Part shown: in pieces, positions 59,282 through 64,000 of the stretch
How the letters are laid out: every line of letters starts with the position of its first letter
Numbering within the stretch: the stretch's first letter is position 1
Assembly (NCBI GenBank): GCA_963765495.1
Contig: CAVXWP010000004.1
Span: forward strand, 192,001 to 256,000
Length of the DNA: 64,000 bases
Reading direction: 5' to 3'
Source: Blastocatellia bacterium
GTDB taxonomy: Bacteria; Acidobacteriota; Blastocatellia; UBA7656
Notes under the pieces: model-generated
Database searches by the model: none
What the model was told of the DNA's origin: nothing
Seen by the model: only the letters and a program-made list of their open reading frames with translations
Program-made: the position numbers and the translations under genes

Positions 59282-60898
59282 TCACGCTGTTGGGAGCGCG
59301 TCATCCTTTATAGCGCCGTCCTGTTCCACGTTCTGGAATGCGGGTTCTGCCAGGGCAAGATTCTCGAAGACCTCGGCGGTCGACGCCCACAGGACATCCG
59401 ATCCGCTTGCGGCGAGCAGAATAGTCAGCACCTGCCAGACGGGTTTGATGTCGCCGCCGCGCTGGAGCGCCTTTCCCGCGTGCTGCACGCGGCCCTGATA
59501 ATTCGTATAGCTCCCCTCCTCTTCCGACCACGCGCTGACGGGCAGAAGCACGCTGGCCCGCGAAAGCCATTCGGCCTTGTGCGCGGCAAAGACCGCCGAA
59601 TACTCAAGCACATCGAGAAGCTCGGCCAACAGGGCCTCGGCCTCTGTGTCTTCTGCGCGGCGCACTAGCGGCTTGAAATACATTATCATCGCAGCCTTTA
59701 TGCGCCCTTCGCGAGCGGCCCGAATCGCGCCCTCTATCCCGCCCAGATCATCGCTCATAAGCCCGAGTCGTATTGCGCCCATAGAATTCGGATGCTTGTC
59801 CAGATGGCGCAAAACCTCGTCTTCCGGTTCAGTGACTCGCTTGTCTTCCGAACTGAGGCGGAACTCGAATTGAGTGACGCCGATCTGGTCGGCCAGATAA
59901 CGTTTAAACAAAAAGAGCGCCTCGTTTGTTGCCGAAGGCGAAGGGACGCCGAGTATCGCCTCCGCGCCGTTTGCCTCGCAAATCTCTTTCAACGTCGTAT
60001 CAACCGAGCGAATCGCCTCTTCCCACGTCACAGGAGCCTGCACGGAGTCGCGCCCCTTCATCATCGGGCGCATTATGCGCTCTCCGCTGTTTAGCTCGTG
60101 AAAGCTCATGCGCCCCTCGTCGCACAGCCAGCTTTTATTGACATCCGGGTTGCGGCGCGGGAGCAATCGAAATATAGTCCCGTCCCGGTGATCTATTCGC
60201 ATATTGCACCCCGTAGAGCACCCGCCGCAGACGGAATTTGTGCTGTGCAGAAACCATACGCGGCACTTAAACCTGAAATCGCGTGAGGTGAGCGCGCCCA
60301 CGGGGCAGATATCGACGACATTGCCCGAGTAGGGATTGTCGAGCGGCTTGTCTTCAAATGTGCCGATGGCTACGTGGTCGCCGCGCCCGAAAAACTGCAT
60401 CTCGCCCGTGTGCGTGACGTGATCGAAAAACCTTATGCAGCGAGAACAGAGCACGCAACGCTCCTGATCGAGGACGACCATCGGGCCGAGATCGACCACC
60501 TTGCGCTTTCGCACCTTCATCTCAAGCGGTATCTCGCTCGTGTGCAGGCCGTAGACCATGTAGTAGTCCTGCAAGCGGCATTCGCCGGCCTGATCGCACA
60601 CCGGGCAGTCTACCGGGTGATTGACCAGCAGGAATTCCAGCACGCCGCGCACAGACTCTTTCACGCGCTCGTTATTTGTGCGCACGATCATCCCGTCGGT
60701 TGCCACCGTGGCGCAGGATATGGCGAGCTTTGGCATCTTCTCTACCTCGACCAGACACATGCGGCAATTGCCGTCCACGGGCAGGTCGGGGTGATAGCAG
60801 TAGTGGGGAACCTCTATGCCGATCTGTTGCGCGGCCTGAATGATCGTAGTCCCCTCGGCCACTTCGACTTCTTTATCGTTTATCGTCAGTTTTGGCAT
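59282..60898 (-). CDS. nuoG: NADH-quinone oxidoreductase subunit G (short form)
   Basis: CYHP..GNCRMCLVE, NHPVDCPVCDQAGEC, CVLCSRC. Confidence 0.93.
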   Translation of the reverse strand: MPKLTINDKEVEVAEGTTIIQAAQQIGIEVPHYCYHPDLPVDGNCRMCLVEVEKMPKLAISCATVATDGMIVRTNNERVKESVRGVLEFLLVNHPVDCPVCDQAGECRLQDYYMVYGLHTSEIPLEMKVRKRKVVDLGPMVVLDQERCVLCSRCIRFFDHVTHTGEMQFFGRGDHVAIGTFEDKPLDNPYSGNVVDICPVGALTSRDFRFKCRVWFLHSTNSVCGGCSTGCNMRIDHRDGTIFRLLPRRNPDVNKSWLCDEGRMSFHELNSGERIMRPMMKGRDSVQAPVTWEEAIRSVDTTLKEICEANGAEAILGVPSPSATNEALFLFKRYLADQIGVTQFEFRLSSEDKRVTEPEDEVLRHLDKHPNSMGAIRLGLMSDDLGGIEGAIRAAREGRIKAAMIMYFKPLVRRAEDTEAEALLAELLDVLEYSAVFAAHKAEWLSRASVLLPVSAWSEEEGSYTNYQGRVQHAGKALQRGGDIKPVWQVLTILLAASGSDVLWASTAEVFENLALAEPAFQNVEQDGAIKDDALPTA

Positions 60899-60971
60899 CG
60901 TTCAATTTTCCAGTGAGCTAAAAATACCTGACACTCTTCATAACTACTCTTGAGACTCTTCTTAATCACCC

Positions 60972-61230
60972 AGCCGCCTTCAGGCGGCTTTCCCGAAGGG
61001 CAGCTAGCCCAGCCGTTTTACGGCTGGGGGCGAGCAGTTCTCGTTATTCAGCCCGTTTCAACGGGCTTCCAGCATCCGGCTTTAGCCTGCTTTCTTACAT
61101 TGGCTAAAGCCCTTGCGAGAAGGACGCTAAAGCGCCCTTGAGACAGTTAGGCCAGCGTTTAACCAGTCCTAAAAAGACTGGCCTAACTGCCCTTCGGGTA
61201 AGCCCGATAAATCGGGCTCTAAATCGGGCT
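60972..61230. repeat. Cluster of REP-like palindromes (REPIN/BIME-like)
   Basis: AGCCGCCTTCAGGCGGCT, CCCAGCCGTTTTACGGCTGGG, AGCCCGTTTCAACGGGCT, AGCCCGATAAATCGGGCT; long-range IR 60992-61012 / 61177-61198. Confidence 0.8.
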
Positions 61231-61280
61231 CGGCTACTTCAACTCTTCAAAGATTAGGCAGATTCGCCTTTATTCATTGC

Positions 61281-62528
61281 TCAACTCGCGCAGAGCGCCA
61301 GGAATTCGTCCCTGTACTTGGTTACGAAACTGCGAATCGGCATCACGTCGGCATCGGCTAGCGGGCAGATGGTCTTCCCTTCCATCCTATCGGCGATCTT
61401 CAATAGCAGATCGACATCCGACGGCTTTCCTTCTCCCGCCACAAGCCTGCGCAAAATCTTTGCGGCCCAGCCCGTCCCTTCGCGGCAGGGGGTGCACTGT
61501 CCGCAGGATTCGTGCGCGTAAAAATCAGCGATAACCGAAAGCGCCTCGGGCATCTTTACCGTTTCGTCAAAGACTATCATCCCGCCCGACCCGAGCATCG
61601 AGCCCGCCTTGAGCAACGATTCGTAATCGAGCAAAACGCCCTCACACTCGTCGGCTCTCAAGACCGGGACCGATGAGCCGCCCGGTATGACCGCCTTTAA
61701 TTTGCGCCCGTTCGGAATCCCCCCCGCCTCGTTGTAGATGAAATCGAGCAACGGATAGCCCATATCAACTTCGTACACGCCCGGACGCGCTACGTGGCCT
61801 GAAACTGAAAACAGTTTTGTGCCTTTGCTCTTCTCTGTCCCGATGGCAGCATAGGCCGCCGCGCCGTTTTCGATGATCCACGGAAGAGCGGCGAGCGTCT
61901 CTACGTTGTTGACCACCGTGGGCGAAGCCAGAAATCCGTGACTTGCGGGAAAGGGCGGCTTGATTCGCGGGTAGCCCCGATAGCCTTCCAGGGATTCGAT
62001 CAGCGATGTCTCTTCGCCGCAAATGTAAGCCCCCTGCCCCATATGAAGATGGAGGTCGAGCGCAAAATCCTTTCCTAAAACCGACGGGCCGAGTATCCCA
62101 GCGTCATAGGCTTCGCCTAGAGCCTTCTCGACCGGCCTTATCAGAAAGCCAAACTCGCCCCGCATATAGATATAAGAGAGGTGGCAGTTGAGCGCGAGAC
62201 ACGCGATTACCATGCCTTCGATCATAAGGTGCGGGTCGCGTTCGATCAGAAGCCGGTCTTTGAACGTGCCGGGTTCGCTTTCGTCGGCGTTGCAAAGCAG
62301 ATAGGTGGGCTTAGGAGAGTTCTTCGGGACAAAGCTCCACTTCATACCTGTGGGAAAACCCGCGCCGCCGCGCCCCCGCAATCCGCTCGCCTTTACCTCA
62401 TCTATCAATGCCGCAGGCTCCATCGTAAGAGCCTTCTCAAGCGCCCGGTAGCCGCCACGCTCGCGGTATTTTTCTATGCTCGTCTGATCGGGCTTGTCTG
62501 TGTTTGCAAGTAGAATTGTATTATTCAT
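61281..62528 (-). CDS. nuoF: NADH-quinone oxidoreductase subunit F
   Basis: GRGGAGF, NADESEPG, GAYICGEET, ESCGQCTPCREG. Confidence 0.97.
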   Translation of the reverse strand: MNNTILLANTDKPDQTSIEKYRERGGYRALEKALTMEPAALIDEVKASGLRGRGGAGFPTGMKWSFVPKNSPKPTYLLCNADESEPGTFKDRLLIERDPHLMIEGMVIACLALNCHLSYIYMRGEFGFLIRPVEKALGEAYDAGILGPSVLGKDFALDLHLHMGQGAYICGEETSLIESLEGYRGYPRIKPPFPASHGFLASPTVVNNVETLAALPWIIENGAAAYAAIGTEKSKGTKLFSVSGHVARPGVYEVDMGYPLLDFIYNEAGGIPNGRKLKAVIPGGSSVPVLRADECEGVLLDYESLLKAGSMLGSGGMIVFDETVKMPEALSVIADFYAHESCGQCTPCREGTGWAAKILRRLVAGEGKPSDVDLLLKIADRMEGKTICPLADADVMPIRSFVTKYRDEFLALCAS

Positions 62529-62997
62529 TGGCCAGTTTCTCGATTATTTCGCCGATGCTTTCGGGCGTGAGGTTTTCAAAATAGCGGTCGCCAACCTGCA
62601 TGGCCGGAGCCGTCCCGCACGAGGCCAGGCACTCGGTAAAGTTCCAGCTAAACTTGCCGTCCTCGGTTATCTGATTCGGTTCCACCTTCAGTCTTCGCTT
62701 TATCTCGTCAACACACGGATATGTCCCCATCAACCAGCAACTCACGTTGCGGCAAATCTCCAGATGGTACTTACCCACGGGCCTTATGTGTATCAACGTA
62801 TAAAAGGTTCCTACGCTCAAGACATCGGACGGGGGGTAATCCATAAGGCTGCCGATATACTCGGCCACCTCCTGAGAAATCCAGCCGAACTCCCTTTGAG
62901 CAAGCGCGAGCACAGGGATGAGCGCCGGGCGCTTTTCGGGGTAGCGTTTCAGTATCGCGTCGTATTCTCGTTTCGCTTCTTCGCTGAATTCAATCAT
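62521..62997 (-). CDS. nuoE: NADH-quinone oxidoreductase subunit E
   Basis: CRNVSC, ECLASCGTAP. Confidence 0.95.
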   Translation of the reverse strand: MIEFSEEAKREYDAILKRYPEKRPALIPVLALAQREFGWISQEVAEYIGSLMDYPPSDVLSVGTFYTLIHIRPVGKYHLEICRNVSCWLMGTYPCVDEIKRRLKVEPNQITEDGKFSWNFTECLASCGTAPAMQVGDRYFENLTPESIGEIIEKLANE

Positions 62998-64000
62998 CGG
63001 TCAAGCTCTCCCGCTACTATATTGAGACTGCCGAGCGCGCCTACGGCATCGGCTATAAGCCCGCCTTCGATCAGCTTTGGAAAGGCGGAAAATATCGGGA
63101 AACACGGGCCTCGCGCGTGACATCGCCACGGTCTCATCGAGCCGTCGCTCACAATGTAGAAACCAAGCTCGCCGTTGCCTCCCTCGGTGTAGCCGTAGAC
63201 TTCGCCGGGCGGGGCCTGGATGCCGTGCATGGTCAATTTGAAGTGGTTCATCAAGTCTTCGATGTTTGTATAGACGCCGTGTTTCGGAGGCAGCGTGATG
63301 CGACGGTCATCAATCTGATAAGGCCCTTCGGGCAGATTTTCAAGCGCCTGCTCGACTATTCGAAGGCTCTGCCGCATCTCCTCCATGCGAACGAGATAAC
63401 GATCATAGACATCGCCGCGATTGCCTACCGGAACCTCGAAATCGAAGTCGTCATAGCTCGAATAAGGATGGTTCTGGCGTATGTCGTAGGGCACGCCGCA
63501 CGCCCTGAGCATCGGGCCGGTCATCCCCCAGTCTATCGCGTCTCTGGCGCTGATTTCGGTGATGCCTACCGCCCGCTGTTTGAAGAGCCGGTTGTGCGTA
63601 TTCAGCTTGTGAACGTCATCAATATATTTTGGCAGGCGCTTTAGCACCTCGCGGCAGCGCGGCACAAAGTCCTTTGGAATATCGGCAGACAACCCGCCTA
63701 CGCGCACATAACTGACCATCATCCGCTGGCCCGAGGTCATCTCAAGCAGATCATATATCTCTTCGCGCGGCTCAAAGGTGTACCAGAAATTCGTGATCGC
63801 GCCCATGTCCACAAGGTTTGTGCCTATGCAGACCATGTGGTCCATGATGCGCGAAAGCTCTCCGAGGATGACGCGAATGTACTGCACGCGTTTTGGCACT
63901 TCTATGCCGAGCAGTTTTTCAACCGTAGTGATATAACCTACGTTGTTTAGAAACGAGGACATGTAATTTAGGCGGTCGGTGTAGGGGATGACCTGATTCC
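62994..64000 (-). CDS. nuoD: NADH-quinone oxidoreductase subunit D (5' partial)
   Basis: PYTDRLNY, ELSRI..H, GPMLRA, GELG, GELDR; runs off the window end. Confidence 0.95.
   Translation of the reverse strand, partial: NQVIPYTDRLNYMSSFLNNVGYITTVEKLLGIEVPKRVQYIRVILGELSRIMDHMVCIGTNLVDMGAITNFWYTFEPREEIYDLLEMTSGQRMMVSYVRVGGLSADIPKDFVPRCREVLKRLPKYIDDVHKLNTHNRLFKQRAVGITEISARDAIDWGMTGPMLRACGVPYDIRQNHPYSSYDDFDFEVPVGNRGDVYDRYLVRMEEMRQSLRIVEQALENLPEGPYQIDDRRITLPPKHGVYTNIEDLMNHFKLTMHGIQAPPGEVYGYTEGGNGELGFYIVSDGSMRPWRCHARGPCFPIFSAFPKLIEGGLIADAVGALGSLNIVAGELDR

Overview
Chromosomal window from a GC-rich bacterium. Gene content (ADOP-type ABC permease, ECF/HEAT-repeat cluster, PufC-like cytochrome) suggests Acidobacteriota; this is an inference. 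About 55 CDS, mostly metabolic or envelope genes: thrC end, di-haem oxidoreductase, tetrahaem cytochrome, B12 radical SAM, DsbD-TlpA, NosL, mnmA, CbbQ/NorQ ATPase, hom, pilin, hppA, a Mo-bisPGD oxidoreductase, cysteine dioxygenase, corA, ribA, two ferredoxins, aspA and nuoDEFG-I. No rRNA, tRNA, CRISPR array or transposase was recognised. Main observations: (1) a probable exported selenoprotein missed by the ORF track (16156-17049: in-frame TGA at the thioredoxin active-site position, UxxS, followed by a SECIS-like hairpin, fused to a TlpA domain); (2) inverted heptamer-repeat elements of several unrelated sequences, most of which put stop codons in all three frames on both strands and several of which supply real gene stops; (3) five copies of a Crp-like operator, TGTNC-N6-GNACA, around a doubly damaged Crp/Fnr gene. 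All calls come from reading motifs by eye; no searches were run.
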